Origin: an uncultured Rhodospirillales bacterium
GTDB lineage: Bacteria; Pseudomonadota; Alphaproteobacteria; Acetobacterales; Acetobacteraceae
Direction of reading: 5' to 3'
Assembly (NCBI GenBank): GCA_903928895.1
Contig: CAIYSR010000001.1
Location: 1 to 64,000 of the forward strand
DNA length: 64,000 nucleotides
Under the pieces are notes generated by a model. The model was not told the origin of the DNA. It did no database searches and saw nothing but the letters and a program-made list of their open reading frames with translations. A program made the position numbers and the translations under genes. This document shows, in pieces, positions 36,603-46,136 of this stretch; the first letter of the stretch is position 1; each line of letters begins with the position of its first letter.

Positions 36603-38177
36603 ATGTGGATGGGCGTTGTGCGCGTATTGATGGGGCGGATCAGCGGGCTCCTTGCGGTGACGCTGCTCTGCCCTGTGGCGGCGATGGCGGCGGAGGATTG
36701 CGCGCCGGTGCATGCGATCGCGGGGTATCAGGCAACCGAGGCGGCGGAACAACGGGCCTGGGATGCGGCGACCTTCCCGCTCCCAGACGGGGGCATGACG
36801 ATTGGTGGCGAGCGCTGCGCGCAGCACTATGCTCCGCTCCCCGGTGGCCCGGTTGCGGGCGACTACGAGATCCAGTCCGGGTATCGCGATGCGTTGCGGG
36901 TGGATGGCGCCGAAATCCTGTTGGCCGAGGATCGTCAGACCGTGGCGCGGCTGCGCCAGGACGGCGCCGAAACCTGGGTGCGGATCGTCAACCAGGACGG
37001 TGTCATCGACGTGGTGGTGGTGCGCCGATCCCCTCACCGTCAGGTGTTGATGCCGCCGGCGGAGCGGGACTATGCCCCGCTCGGGCATATGCCGGACTAT
37101 GTGGCGGCGGCGCCGGAATGGCGGGACTTTGACCAGCGCGTGTTCCAATTGCGCGATGGCGAAGAGACGGTGCAGGGGCGGCGCTTGGAGGTGGACTACG
37201 TGCTGCGCGAGGGCGCTCCGGCGGTCAGCGATCGCGACATCCAGGAAAATTACCGGGTGGCGCTGCTGGCCGCCGGAGCCGAGATTTTGTTCGCCGACGT
37301 GCGCAATACGACCGCCCGGTTGGACCGGGGCGGGCGAAAGGTCTGGATCAAGATTTGGAGCGAGGAGAGCGCGATCAACCTCACCGTGATCGAGGAGGGG
37401 GAACACAAGCGAACGCTGGTGCCGTCCGCCGGGCGCGACTACCCGCGACTCGGCCGCATGCCCGGCTACACGGTGGACACCGTGGAGCGCAAGACACTCG
37501 ACGATGTGATCTTCATGGTCCAGGACGGGGACGAGGTGCGGGAGGTCAAGGTGCAGGGCGCGCGCACGGAACTCGGCTATGTCCCGCGGGCGGGGGGGAT
37601 GCCGGCGAGCGATCTGGATATCCAGCTCAACTACCGCGCCGCGCTGGCCGATCTGGGCGGGCAGATCCTGTTCACGGATGCGGCGACGACGGTGGCGCGC
37701 TTCGCCGAGGACGGTGCGCTCGTGTGGGTGAAGATATGGAGCGAGGAGACGGCGATCGCGCTCTCGATCGTGCAGGAGCGGGCGTTCAAGAGCGCAGTCA
37801 AACCGGTGCCGGCCGAGACCCTGCGGGCAGCGCTGGAAGGGCGCGGGCGGCTAGGGCTGTTCCTGCCGTTTGTGTTCGATCGCCCGACGCTGCGCGCGGA
37901 CTCGGCGCCGGTGCTGGCTGAAGTGGTGCGCCTGATGGCGCAGACGCCGGGCTTGCGGTTGCTGATTGAGAACCACACCGACAATGTGGGGCCGCGGGCC
38001 CGCAATATCGCCCTTGCCGCGGCGCGGGCGGAACGGGTGCGCGAGGCGCTGCTGGCAGGGGGCGTGGACCCGGCACGACTGCGTGCGGTGGGAATAGGTC
38101 CTGACCGGCCAGTGACGGACAACGGGACCTCGGAGGCGCGGGCGCGCAACCGGCGGACCGTCCTGATCCGGGAGTAA
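36603..38177 (+). CDS. OmpA-family protein with three tandem ~120-aa N-terminal repeats and a C-terminal peptidoglycan-binding OmpA domain.
   Basis: Signal peptide. The repeats share DY..LG.MP.Y...E...D..F...DG.E.....R.E..YV.R.G....SD.DIQ.NYR.AL...G..ILF.D...T.AR...G...WVKIWSEE.AI.L. The OmpA_C region reads ...NHTDNVGP...NIALAAARAERV... Confidence 0.8.
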   Translation: MWMGVVRVLMGRISGLLAVTLLCPVAAMAAEDCAPVHAIAGYQATEAAEQRAWDAATFPLPDGGMTIGGERCAQHYAPLPGGPVAGDYEIQSGYRDALRVDGAEILLAEDRQTVARLRQDGAETWVRIVNQDGVIDVVVVRRSPHRQVLMPPAERDYAPLGHMPDYVAAAPEWRDFDQRVFQLRDGEETVQGRRLEVDYVLREGAPAVSDRDIQENYRVALLAAGAEILFADVRNTTARLDRGGRKVWIKIWSEESAINLTVIEEGEHKRTLVPSAGRDYPRLGRMPGYTVDTVERKTLDDVIFMVQDGDEVREVKVQGARTELGYVPRAGGMPASDLDIQLNYRAALADLGGQILFTDAATTVARFAEDGALVWVKIWSEETAIALSIVQERAFKSAVKPVPAETLRAALEGRGRLGLFLPFVFDRPTLRADSAPVLAEVVRLMAQTPGLRLLIENHTDNVGPRARNIALAAARAERVREALLAGGVDPARLRAVGIGPDRPVTDNGTSEARARNRRTVLIRE

Positions 38178-38195
38178 GGGTGTGACTTGACGGGA

Positions 38196-38222
38196 GCGCG
38201 GGCTTTCGTCATAAGCCCGCGC
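38196..38222 (+). terminator. Hairpin (10-bp perfect stem) after the ompA-like gene. It overlaps a sigma70-like CTTGAC-N17-TCATAA element ahead of rpmB.
   Basis: gcgcgggctt-tcgtcat-aagcccgcgc. No T-run follows. Candidate -35 at 38186-38191 and -10 at 38209-38214. Confidence 0.3.
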
Positions 38223-38267
38223 TTCAAGTGGCACGCTGTGCCGCCGTCCGATCTGAGGATAACCACG

Positions 38268-38564
38268 ATGTCTCGCCGCTGCCAGCTCACCGGGAAGGGC
38301 GTTCTGACGGGTAACAACGTCAGCCACGCCAACAACAAGTCCCGCCGCCGCTTCCTGCCGAACCTTCAGGACTCCTCATTGCTGTCCGACTCGCTCGGCG
38401 CCTCGGTGTCGATGCGTCTGTCGACGCGGGCGATCCGCACGGTGGAGCACAATGGCGGGATCGACGCATTCCTGATGAGCACGCCGAACAGCAAGCTGCC
38501 GCCCGAGGCACTGGTGCTCAAGCGCCGCATTGCCCGCGCCAGTGCAAAGAAGGCTGCTCTCTGA
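38268..38564 (+). CDS. rpmB: 50S ribosomal protein L28.
   Basis: [39 protein letters not shown] Shine-Dalgarno 8 nt upstream. Confidence 0.9.
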   Translation: MSRRCQLTGKGVLTGNNVSHANNKSRRRFLPNLQDSSLLSDSLGASVSMRLSTRAIRTVEHNGGIDAFLMSTPNSKLPPEALVLKRRIARASAKKAAL

Positions 38565-38616
38565 CGGATAATTCGCTCGGGTGGTGAGTTTACCCGGCCG
38601 GCTTAACCGTTGATTC

Positions 38617-39462
38617 ATGCATACCCCGCTAGGCTCGGGTATGTTTTTTGAAATCACGGTTGTTTTCGTCCTAGTCTCTCTGGTGATGCTGCTGGGTTGC
38701 CTTGCACGCGTTTCAGCGCGGCGGGTAAATGCGGCGCGTGACCGCTATATTGCCTTAGTGCGGCACGTCCGGCTGGTGTCCCACGACCTGCGCAATGTCG
38801 GCATGGCCTTGCACGGGCATGCCGATCACTTGGCGGCCGAGCGGCACCATGATGCGGCCGGCGTAGCGAGCGGGGCCGCCGACCTCCTTGATTTTGCCGA
38901 CGATCTTCAGGACTTGACGCTGGAGACCGAGGCGCCGCGCGTGCTCCGCGAGGAAGAGGTGAGCCTGGGCTCGGCCGTGGACGAGTCGATCGCCGTGGTG
39001 AGCGCGACGATCCTGCCCGGGAGGCGCAACTGGCGGGTGCAGCCGGAGTCGCGAGCGATATGGCTGCGCGGGGACCGGCGGGCGCTGCGCCATGCCCTGT
39101 CGCGCGTGATGGCCGACGCAGTGCGCAACACGCGACATGATGACTGGATTGATATCGGCATACAGGCGCGGGGTGAGGGGGTTGCTGTTTGGATCGCTGA
39201 TGAGGGCAACGGCACGCTGACGCCGGACATCGTGACTTCGAACCGCGACAGCCGCGGCATTGGCACGCGACTTACGCTTGCGCGCCTGTTGGTCGAGGCC
39301 CATGGTGGCTGCCTCGAAGTGGAAGCGCACACTGGCGTGGGGTGTCGGGTGTCCCTGGCATTTCCGGCGCGGCGGGTGGTCCCGCAGCCCGGCGGCGGGA
39401 TTATCCGCCCGTCACACTCATATGGCGCGCCAGAGCCGGTTTCTCGCTCCGCCGGTCAATGA
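38617..39462 (+). CDS. Small membrane-anchored sensor histidine kinase.
   Basis: N-terminal TM, H-box VSHDLRN and a HATPase_c domain ([12 protein letters not shown]). The start may be the internal M at 38641. Confidence 0.7.
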   Translation: MHTPLGSGMFFEITVVFVLVSLVMLLGCLARVSARRVNAARDRYIALVRHVRLVSHDLRNVGMALHGHADHLAAERHHDAAGVASGAADLLDFADDLQDLTLETEAPRVLREEEVSLGSAVDESIAVVSATILPGRRNWRVQPESRAIWLRGDRRALRHALSRVMADAVRNTRHDDWIDIGIQARGEGVAVWIADEGNGTLTPDIVTSNRDSRGIGTRLTLARLLVEAHGGCLEVEAHTGVGCRVSLAFPARRVVPQPGGGIIRPSHSYGAPEPVSRSAGQ

Positions 39463-40399
39463 CGAAATCATGGCCAAGGGGTTTGTGTGCGATGGCGGCG
39501 AGAATGGCGGCGCCGAGTTCGTCGTCACTCGCGCCAGCGCGCAGGATCGCACGGAAATCCGCCTGATCATCCTGACCCAGGCACATATAGAGGGTGCCGG
39601 TGCAGGTCAGGCGCACACGATTGCAGCTTTCGCAGAAATTATGGGTCATCGGTGTAATGAAGCCGATGCGACGGCCGGTCTGGGCGACGGTGAAATAGCG
39701 GGCTGGCCCGCCGGTCTGATAAGGGGTTTCCTCGAGCGTCCAGGTCTGGCGCAGGCGGCTTCGGACGACGGAGAGGGGGAGGTATTGGTCGGTCCTGTCA
39801 CCGTCGACATCGCCGAGCGGCATGGTCTCGATGAGACAAAGGTCAAATCCATGTTCGCCGCACCAGGCGATCATGTCATCGAATTCGTGCTCGTTGACGC
39901 CCTTCATCGCCACTGCGTTGATACGGATGGCAAGTCCCGCGGCGCGCGCGGCGAATATCCCGTCAAGGGTCTTCTCGATCTTGCCCCACCGGGTCATCGC
40001 GGTGAAGCGGGCCGGGTCAAGCGTGTCGAGACTCACATTGACCCGGCGAACGCCGGCTGCGAACAGGTCGGTGGCGTAGCGGGCGAGCTGGGTGCCATTG
40101 GTGGTGACAGTGAGTTCGTCGAGTCCCTGGTTTGGCAAGCCGCCGATCCTGCCACCGAGGCTGCGGAAGAGCGACATCACATCTCGGCGTACCAGCGGCT
40201 CGCCGCCGGTGATGCGAATCTTGTTCGTCCCCAGGCGGATGAAAGCGCCACAGAGGCGATCAATCTCCTCAAGGGACAGTATTTCCATTTTCGGCAGAAA
40301 AGTCATGTCCTCCGACATGCAATAGACGCATCTGAGATCGCAGCGGTCTGTGACCGAAACACGCAAATAAGTGATCGCGCGACCGAAGGGATCGATCAT
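39401..40399 (-). CDS. moaA: GTP 3',8-cyclase MoaA (radical SAM).
   Basis: CxxxCxxC cluster in [12 protein letters not shown] and a C-terminal second cluster ([13 protein letters not shown]). Confidence 0.9.
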   Translation of the reverse strand: MIDPFGRAITYLRVSVTDRCDLRCVYCMSEDMTFLPKMEILSLEEIDRLCGAFIRLGTNKIRITGGEPLVRRDVMSLFRSLGGRIGGLPNQGLDELTVTTNGTQLARYATDLFAAGVRRVNVSLDTLDPARFTAMTRWGKIEKTLDGIFAARAAGLAIRINAVAMKGVNEHEFDDMIAWCGEHGFDLCLIETMPLGDVDGDRTDQYLPLSVVRSRLRQTWTLEETPYQTGGPARYFTVAQTGRRIGFITPMTHNFCESCNRVRLTCTGTLYMCLGQDDQADFRAILRAGASDDELGAAILAAIAHKPLGHDFVIDRRSEKPALARHMSVTGG

Positions 40400-40519
40400 G
40401 GCAGTTGTTATACTCCGTCGGATATAGCGCCAATGTCGTAGCTCCCTCGCGGAAGCGCAAGTGTCGGTCCGCGGACGATGATCGGCGCAGGCAGATGGTA
40501 CGCGATCCACCAGGGAGCC

Positions 40520-40714
40520 TTACGCGTTTGGTGTCACCACTTCGAGCGATACCACGGCCACGTTGACGAGGATTTTGCCGGCATGTGTGAAGTTAACCGT
40601 GACGCGATGACCGATGACGGACTGGACCTGTCCGATGCCCCAACGGGGCTCGCCGGGGTGGCGGACCCATTGGCCTGGCTCGTACCATGGCGCGTTTCTG
40701 CTCTGCGACGTCAT
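40520..40714 (-). CDS. Small conserved hypothetical protein (DUF3553-like), 64 aa.
   Basis: Translation PWYEPGQWVRHPGEPRWGIGQVQSVIGHRVTVNFTHAGKILVNVAVVSLEVV has protein-like composition. Same strand as moaA, 120 nt upstream. Confidence 0.4.
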   Translation of the reverse strand: MTSQSRNAPWYEPGQWVRHPGEPRWGIGQVQSVIGHRVTVNFTHAGKILVNVAVVSLEVVTPNA

Positions 40715-40848
40715 TCATCACCGGTGGATAAAGGGCAATCTCGACAGCTATCGCAAAAAACGCATAATTTCATTGTTAATATCCGATCCGCCCCGATCCA
40801 GGGTCCCGGACGAGCATGCAGCGGGGAATTGCGGGCGTGAACAACGGG

Positions 40849-41481
40849 ATGCGGTTGGCTGAGTTGCTCGCCACACGGCTGTGCCATGATATTTCCGGTC
40901 CCGTCGGTACGCTGGTGGGTGCGCTTACCATGGTTGATGAGGATCCAGCGGCGGCGGACGAAGCAATTGAACTCGCGGCCGATGTCGCAGGTGCGCTCGC
41001 TCGCCGGTTGCGGCTGTTGCGGGTTGCCTGGGGCGGGGAGGGGGTGCCGGTGTCGATTGACGAGATCGGCAAGCTCTGCGCGGGTCTGCCGCAGCCCGGT
41101 CGGGTGAAGGTAAACTTCGAACACCTTCCGCCGGAGCAGCGGATCGCCGGCGGGATGGCGCGGAGCCTGTTGAACGTGCTCCTGCTGGCGGTGGAAAGCC
41201 TGCCAGGCGGCGGCACGGTGGTGGTCGCGGGCGATCCGGCGGGCACAATGCTGGTTCGACTGGACGGGCCGCGGGCGGCCTGGCCGCGGCACTTTGCCAG
41301 TTGGATGGCAGATCCCCCGGCAGCCTGGGCGGCACTGGACGGCATGGCCGGCGAGGCCGCCCGCGGGATGCAAGGGCCACTAACCGCTCTGGTGGCGCAG
41401 GACTGCGGCCTGCGTTTGAGCTTCCTCTTGGCGCGTACCGTTGAAAGCGCGCCTCCGCTGATCTTGTCGATGGCTAACTGA
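40849..41481 (+). CDS. chpT: ChpT-family histidine phosphotransferase.
   Basis: N-terminal LAELLATRLCHDISGPVGTLVGAL matches the ChpT LAARLCHD phosphorylatable-His helix. A degenerate HATPase-like C-terminal half follows, as in ChpT. Confidence 0.75.
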   Translation: MRLAELLATRLCHDISGPVGTLVGALTMVDEDPAAADEAIELAADVAGALARRLRLLRVAWGGEGVPVSIDEIGKLCAGLPQPGRVKVNFEHLPPEQRIAGGMARSLLNVLLLAVESLPGGGTVVVAGDPAGTMLVRLDGPRAAWPRHFASWMADPPAAWAALDGMAGEAARGMQGPLTALVAQDCGLRLSFLLARTVESAPPLILSMAN

Positions 41482-41569
41482 GCGGACGAGACGTTTACTG
41501 TTTATTCGTGACCTGCTGCGTAACTAGGGCCATCCCGGAGGCAACGGTGCCCCTAGGCGGAGCGCAGCG

Positions 41570-44164
41570 ATGGACGACCTTCTCGTCGAATTTCTCACCG
41601 AGACCAACGAGAACCTGGCCGAGCTCGACGTGGCCCTGGTGAAGCTCGAACGGGAGCCGGACGACGGTGCGACGCTGTCGCAGATATTCCGACTTGTACA
41701 CACGATCAAGGGAACCTGCGGGTTTCTCGGACTGCCGCGGCTGGAGCAACTCGCGCATGCAGCCGAAAATGTGCTTGGCCGGGTGCGCGACGGTGTGCTG
41801 GTCGTGACGCCCGGCTTGATCAGCACGGTTCTGGCGGCGATCGACCAGATCAAGTTCATTGTTACATCTCTGGGTGTAGCGGGGTTAGAGCCGGAGGGCA
41901 CGGATACGGCACTGATCGCGCGGCTTGCTGTTGTCAGCGAGGGTGAGGCGTCGGTTCCGAGTGGAGTCGCGCCGGCGCTTGCCTCGGTGCTGGTCGGGGC
42001 GGCGGAAGGCGTGTCGCCGGCGCCAATCCTGAAGCCTGCCGGCCATGAGATGGCGTCCGTGGAAGGTTCAGGATCGAACCAGACGATCCGGGTGGGCGTC
42101 GACGTGCTCGAGGATCTGATGACTTTGGTGAGCGAGTTGGTACTGACGCGCAATCAGATCCTGCAGCTCGCGCGCAACCATGAGAGTGCCGCGTTCTCGG
42201 TACCATTGCAGCGCCTCTCGCATATCACGACCGACCTTCAGGAAGGCGTCATGAAGACCCGGATGCAACCGATCGGCAACGCTTGGGCCAAGCTTCCGCG
42301 CCTGGTTCGGGACCTGACGATGGAGCTCGACAAGCGGATCGAACTGGTCATGCATGGTGCCGAGACGGAGCTCGACCGGCAGGTGCTGGAACTGGTCAAG
42401 GACCCGCTCACCCATATGGTGCGCAACTCGGCAGACCATGGCCTCGAACCGGCGGCAGAGCGGCGCGCGGCGGGCAAGGGGGAGATCGGACACATCTTTC
42501 TCAACGCCTATCATGAGGGTGGCCACATCGTCATCGAGGTCCGTGACGACGGGCGTGGGCTGCCAGTCGAAAAGATCCGCGCCAAGGCCGTCGCCAAAGG
42601 GTTGGCAACCGAGGTCGAGCTGTCGGGGATGACGGAGAGCCAGATTCTGCGATTCATCTTTCGGGCGGGGTTCTCGACAGCCGCAGCGGTGACGGCAGTG
42701 TCTGGCCGCGGTGTGGGCATGGACGTCGTGAAGACAAACGTCGAACGAATCGGCGGTACGATTGAACTCGAAAGCACTGTCGGCAAGGGCACGACGTTTA
42801 TCATCAAGATACCGCTGACGTTGGCGATCGTCTCGGCACTCATCGTCGAGGCGGGAGGGGAGCGGTTTGCGATTCCACAGCTGAGTGTCGTGGAACTTGT
42901 CCGAGCCGGGATGAAGGCGGTCGATGCTCAAGATGATGGAGAGCCGATCGTGCAGTTGATCGACCAAACCCCGGTGCTGCGGCTGCGCAACCGTTTGCTC
43001 CCGCTGATCAACCTCAACACCTTGCTTCACCTCGGACCGGACCGGACGAATGATACCGATGCTCGACGGTTTATCGTCGTCGCGCAGGTGGGTGCGAGCC
43101 TGTTGGGAATCGTGGTTGACCGGGTGTTCGACACGGAGGAAATCGTCGTGAAGCCGGTTGCGCCGATTATGCGCCATGTGACGATGTTCAGCGGCAACAC
43201 CATACTGGGTGATGGGTCGGTGATTATGATCCTTGACACCAATGGTATTGCCCGAGCAACCGGGATTGCCGGCACCGCCGAGGCACGACGCGCTTCGGAA
43301 GCGGCGGTATTGGCGCGCACGACGGTGCATGAGCGTACGGCGATCCTGCTGTTCCGGGCTGGCGGGTCGGCCCCCAAGGGGGTGCCTCTCGGACTCGTGG
43401 CGCGGCTCGAGGAGATCGAGACCGCGGCCATCGAGGGGATGACCGGCGAGGAAGTGACCCAGTATCGCGGCCGGCTGATGCCGATCGTCGCCATGTCCGG
43501 TACGCTGGACCTCGGTAAGCCGCGCCAGAGCGTGCTTGTGTTCGCGGACGCCGAGCGCCGGCTTGCCCATGATCGTTGCATGGGTCTGGTCGTGGACGAG
43601 ATCATTGATGTGGTCGAGGATGTCGTGAACATCCAGCTCGGGGCCGAGCGGCGGGGGATACTGGGGCGGGCCGTGATCGCCGAGAAGGCGACCGAGATCA
43701 TCGATACGAGCTATTGGCTCACGCAGGCCTTCGCCGATTGGTTCGACAGCACGGGCCGGATCGGCTCGACAGTCGGGTCACGGCTGCTGGCCGTCGATGA
43801 CAGCGCGTTCTTTCGACAACTGCTTGAGCCCAGTCTGGTTGCCGCTGGATATCAGGTCACTTCGGTCGGCAGCGCCGCTGCGGCGCTGGCACTGGCCGAA
43901 ACAGGGGCTCGGTTCGATGCGATCGTCTCGGACATCGAGATGCCCGATATGGATGGGATCGCGTTCGTCTCGCGGCTGCGGTCGTCAAGCTGTTGGTCCA
44001 CGCTGCCGGTGATCGCGCTCACGGGGCTGGCGACGCCGACGCAGGTCGAAGCCGGGCGGGCGGCCGGATTTACCGACTATGTTCGGAAATTCGAACGCGA
44101 GGCATTGCTGGCGAGCTTGCGTCAGTGCCTCGCTGTGCCGACCGAAAATCGACTTTTAGCCTGA
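41570..44164 (+). CDS. cheA: Chemotaxis histidine kinase CheA with a C-terminal receiver domain (CheA-REC hybrid).
   Basis: HPt (P1) motif HTIKGTCGFLG, dimerisation and HATPase domains (GRGVGMDVV), two CheW-like P5 regions, and a terminal REC (LLAVDDSAFF...SDIEMPDMDG). Confidence 0.9.
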   Translation: MDDLLVEFLTETNENLAELDVALVKLEREPDDGATLSQIFRLVHTIKGTCGFLGLPRLEQLAHAAENVLGRVRDGVLVVTPGLISTVLAAIDQIKFIVTSLGVAGLEPEGTDTALIARLAVVSEGEASVPSGVAPALASVLVGAAEGVSPAPILKPAGHEMASVEGSGSNQTIRVGVDVLEDLMTLVSELVLTRNQILQLARNHESAAFSVPLQRLSHITTDLQEGVMKTRMQPIGNAWAKLPRLVRDLTMELDKRIELVMHGAETELDRQVLELVKDPLTHMVRNSADHGLEPAAERRAAGKGEIGHIFLNAYHEGGHIVIEVRDDGRGLPVEKIRAKAVAKGLATEVELSGMTESQILRFIFRAGFSTAAAVTAVSGRGVGMDVVKTNVERIGGTIELESTVGKGTTFIIKIPLTLAIVSALIVEAGGERFAIPQLSVVELVRAGMKAVDAQDDGEPIVQLIDQTPVLRLRNRLLPLINLNTLLHLGPDRTNDTDARRFIVVAQVGASLLGIVVDRVFDTEEIVVKPVAPIMRHVTMFSGNTILGDGSVIMILDTNGIARATGIAGTAEARRASEAAVLARTTVHERTAILLFRAGGSAPKGVPLGLVARLEEIETAAIEGMTGEEVTQYRGRLMPIVAMSGTLDLGKPRQSVLVFADAERRLAHDRCMGLVVDEIIDVVEDVVNIQLGAERRGILGRAVIAEKATEIIDTSYWLTQAFADWFDSTGRIGSTVGSRLLAVDDSAFFRQLLEPSLVAAGYQVTSVGSAAAALALAETGARFDAIVSDIEMPDMDGIAFVSRLRSSSCWSTLPVIALTGLATPTQVEAGRAAGFTDYVRKFEREALLASLRQCLAVPTENRLLA

Positions 44165-44183
44165 TTGAGGGGGAGTCACGACG

Positions 44184-44657
44184 ATGGCGTTATTGGAGCC
44201 AGGCGTGCAGGGCGAGCGTGACGTGGCGGGGCAGACGCTGGTGACGCTGATTGTTGCGGATCAGTTGTGCGGCGTGCCGGTGATGAGCGTGCGGGATATT
44301 TTGGGTGAACAACCCATCACGCGCATTCCTCTGGCGCCACCGGAAATTGCCGGAAGTCTCAATTTGCGCGGACGCATCGTGACCGCTATCGACCTGCGCC
44401 GACGGCTTGGTGTGTTGCCAGCGTCTGGGGGGGCGCCTCGGATGTCGGTGGTCACCGAGCAAGGGGGCGATCTCTATGCATTGCTGGTTGATCAAGTACG
44501 CGAGGTGATGACTCCGCCCGAGAGCAGCTTCGAGGACAATCCGCCGACTTTGCCGCCCGCATGGGCGGAATTCTGTAACGGCATCTACCGGCTGCAGAAC
44601 CGTCTCATGGTGGTCCTGGATATCGGTCGCATCCTGACCCTCTCGCCGGAAGGATGA
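44184..44657 (+). CDS. cheW: Chemotaxis coupling protein CheW.
   Basis: CheW-like domain (VPVMSVRDILGEQPITRIPLAPPEIAGSLNLRGRIVTAIDLRRRLG). Confidence 0.85.
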   Translation: MALLEPGVQGERDVAGQTLVTLIVADQLCGVPVMSVRDILGEQPITRIPLAPPEIAGSLNLRGRIVTAIDLRRRLGVLPASGGAPRMSVVTEQGGDLYALLVDQVREVMTPPESSFEDNPPTLPPAWAEFCNGIYRLQNRLMVVLDIGRILTLSPEG

Positions 44658-44664
44658 GCGTGTC

Positions 44665-45042
44665 GTGACGACTGCAGGCCGGGTTTGTCTGGTGGTGGAC
44701 GACAGCCGCGTGGTGCGCAAGGTGGCGCGGCGGATACTGGAAGCCCGAGGATTTGCCGTTCAGGAGGCTGAAGACGGAGCGGTCGCCCTGGCGGCGTGTC
44801 AGCGTGGCTTGCCCGGCTGCGTGCTGCTCGATTGGAACATGCCGGTGATGAACGGGATTGAATTCCTCAAGGCATTGCGCAGCCAGTTCGGGCCCGATGA
44901 GCCACCAGTGCTGTTCTGCACGACCGAGAACGACATCTCTTTCATCGAGCAGGCGATCGAGCATGGTGCGCAGGAGTTCATCATGAAGCCATTCGACGAG
45001 GATATCTTGGTCGGCAAGCTCGAACAGGTGGGCTTGCTGTGA
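44665..45042 (+). CDS. cheY: CheY-like single-domain response regulator.
   Basis: REC motifs (VVDDS...LLDWNMPVMNG...KP). Confidence 0.85.
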   Translation: MTTAGRVCLVVDDSRVVRKVARRILEARGFAVQEAEDGAVALAACQRGLPGCVLLDWNMPVMNGIEFLKALRSQFGPDEPPVLFCTTENDISFIEQAIEHGAQEFIMKPFDEDILVGKLEQVGLL

Positions 45043-46136
45043 GCCCTGCCGAAGCGGGCGTAGCGGGAGAGCCGAATACCCGTGCGGGCGACGTGGCTCG
45101 GGTGATGATCTGCGATGATTCGGCGGTGATCCGGGCAGCGCTGGCACGAATGCTGGAGCGTGAACCTGACATCCGGGTCGTTGCGAAGGTTGCCGATGGC
45201 GCGGCTGCGGTCGCCCGCTTGCGGCTGGCGCCTGGCGGAATCGACGTCGTCGTCCTCGATATCGAAATGCCGGTCATGGATGGGCTCGCGGCTCTGCCGC
45301 TGCTGCTGCGTGTCGATCCGGGGCTACGCGTGATCATGGCGAGCACGCTGACGACACGTGGGGCGGATATTGCACTCCAGGCGTTGCGGTTGGGCGCGGC
45401 CGATTACGTGCCGAAACCCGCGACTTCGGCCATTGTGGATGACAGTTTCAGGCGTGAACTGCTCGCGAAGGTGCGGGGGCTGGCACGGCTCCGTCGGCGG
45501 CCGGAGGGGCAAGCAAAGGTGCCGCCAGACCGGCGACCGGCGACCTTCCGTCCGGCCGCACGGATGCTGGCGATCGGCAGCTCGACGGGAGGGCCGCAGG
45601 CTCTGTTCACACTCGTTCAAGGGCTAGGTCGGCTTGTGCCGGTGCCGGTGGTGCTCACGCAGCACATGCCGGCAACCTTCACACCGATCCTGGCCGAACA
45701 TTTGACCCGGATTGGTGGGATGCCATGCGTGGAAGCTGTGGATGGCCTTGTGCTGCGGCCGGGCCAAATTGCGCTTGCTCCCGGCAACCGACATTTGCTG
45801 GTGGAGGCGGCCGGGACTGCATTCCGTGCGCGCCTCAGTGACGGGCCGGCGGAGAACTACTGCCGACCGTCGGTGGACCCGATGCTGCGGAGCGCGACCG
45901 CGGCTTGCGGAGGGCGTGTGCTGATGGTGATGCTGACCGGCATGGGCCATGACGGGCGCGACGCGACGGCCGAACTGGTGGCTGCGGGCGGCGCGGCGAT
46001 TGCCCAGGACGAGGCTTCGAGTGTGGTCTGGGGCATGCCTGGTGCCGTCGCCCAGGCCGGGCTGTGCGAGCATGTTCTGCCATTGACCGGGATCGCCCCC
46101 CGCGTGCTCGATATTTTGAAAGCGATCCGAACATGA
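45039..46136 (+). CDS. cheB: Protein-glutamate methylesterase CheB (REC plus methylesterase).
   Basis: N-terminal REC, C-terminal catalytic domain (GSSTGGPQAL...H...D). The start overlaps the cheY stop (ATGA). Confidence 0.9.
   Translation: MSPAEAGVAGEPNTRAGDVARVMICDDSAVIRAALARMLEREPDIRVVAKVADGAAAVARLRLAPGGIDVVVLDIEMPVMDGLAALPLLLRVDPGLRVIMASTLTTRGADIALQALRLGAADYVPKPATSAIVDDSFRRELLAKVRGLARLRRRPEGQAKVPPDRRPATFRPAARMLAIGSSTGGPQALFTLVQGLGRLVPVPVVLTQHMPATFTPILAEHLTRIGGMPCVEAVDGLVLRPGQIALAPGNRHLLVEAAGTAFRARLSDGPAENYCRPSVDPMLRSATAACGGRVLMVMLTGMGHDGRDATAELVAAGGAAIAQDEASSVVWGMPGAVAQAGLCEHVLPLTGIAPRVLDILKAIRT

Noticed and set aside
38565-38616. Possible terminator hairpin after rpmB (cgggt...acccg).
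   Set aside because: The stem is only 5 bp and there is no U-tract.
40765-40779. CtrA-box-like TAAT-N7-TTAA upstream of chpT.
   Set aside because: It matches only half of the TTAA-N7-TTAAC consensus; the first half has two mismatches. Too weak to call. Noted only as context for the chpT finding.
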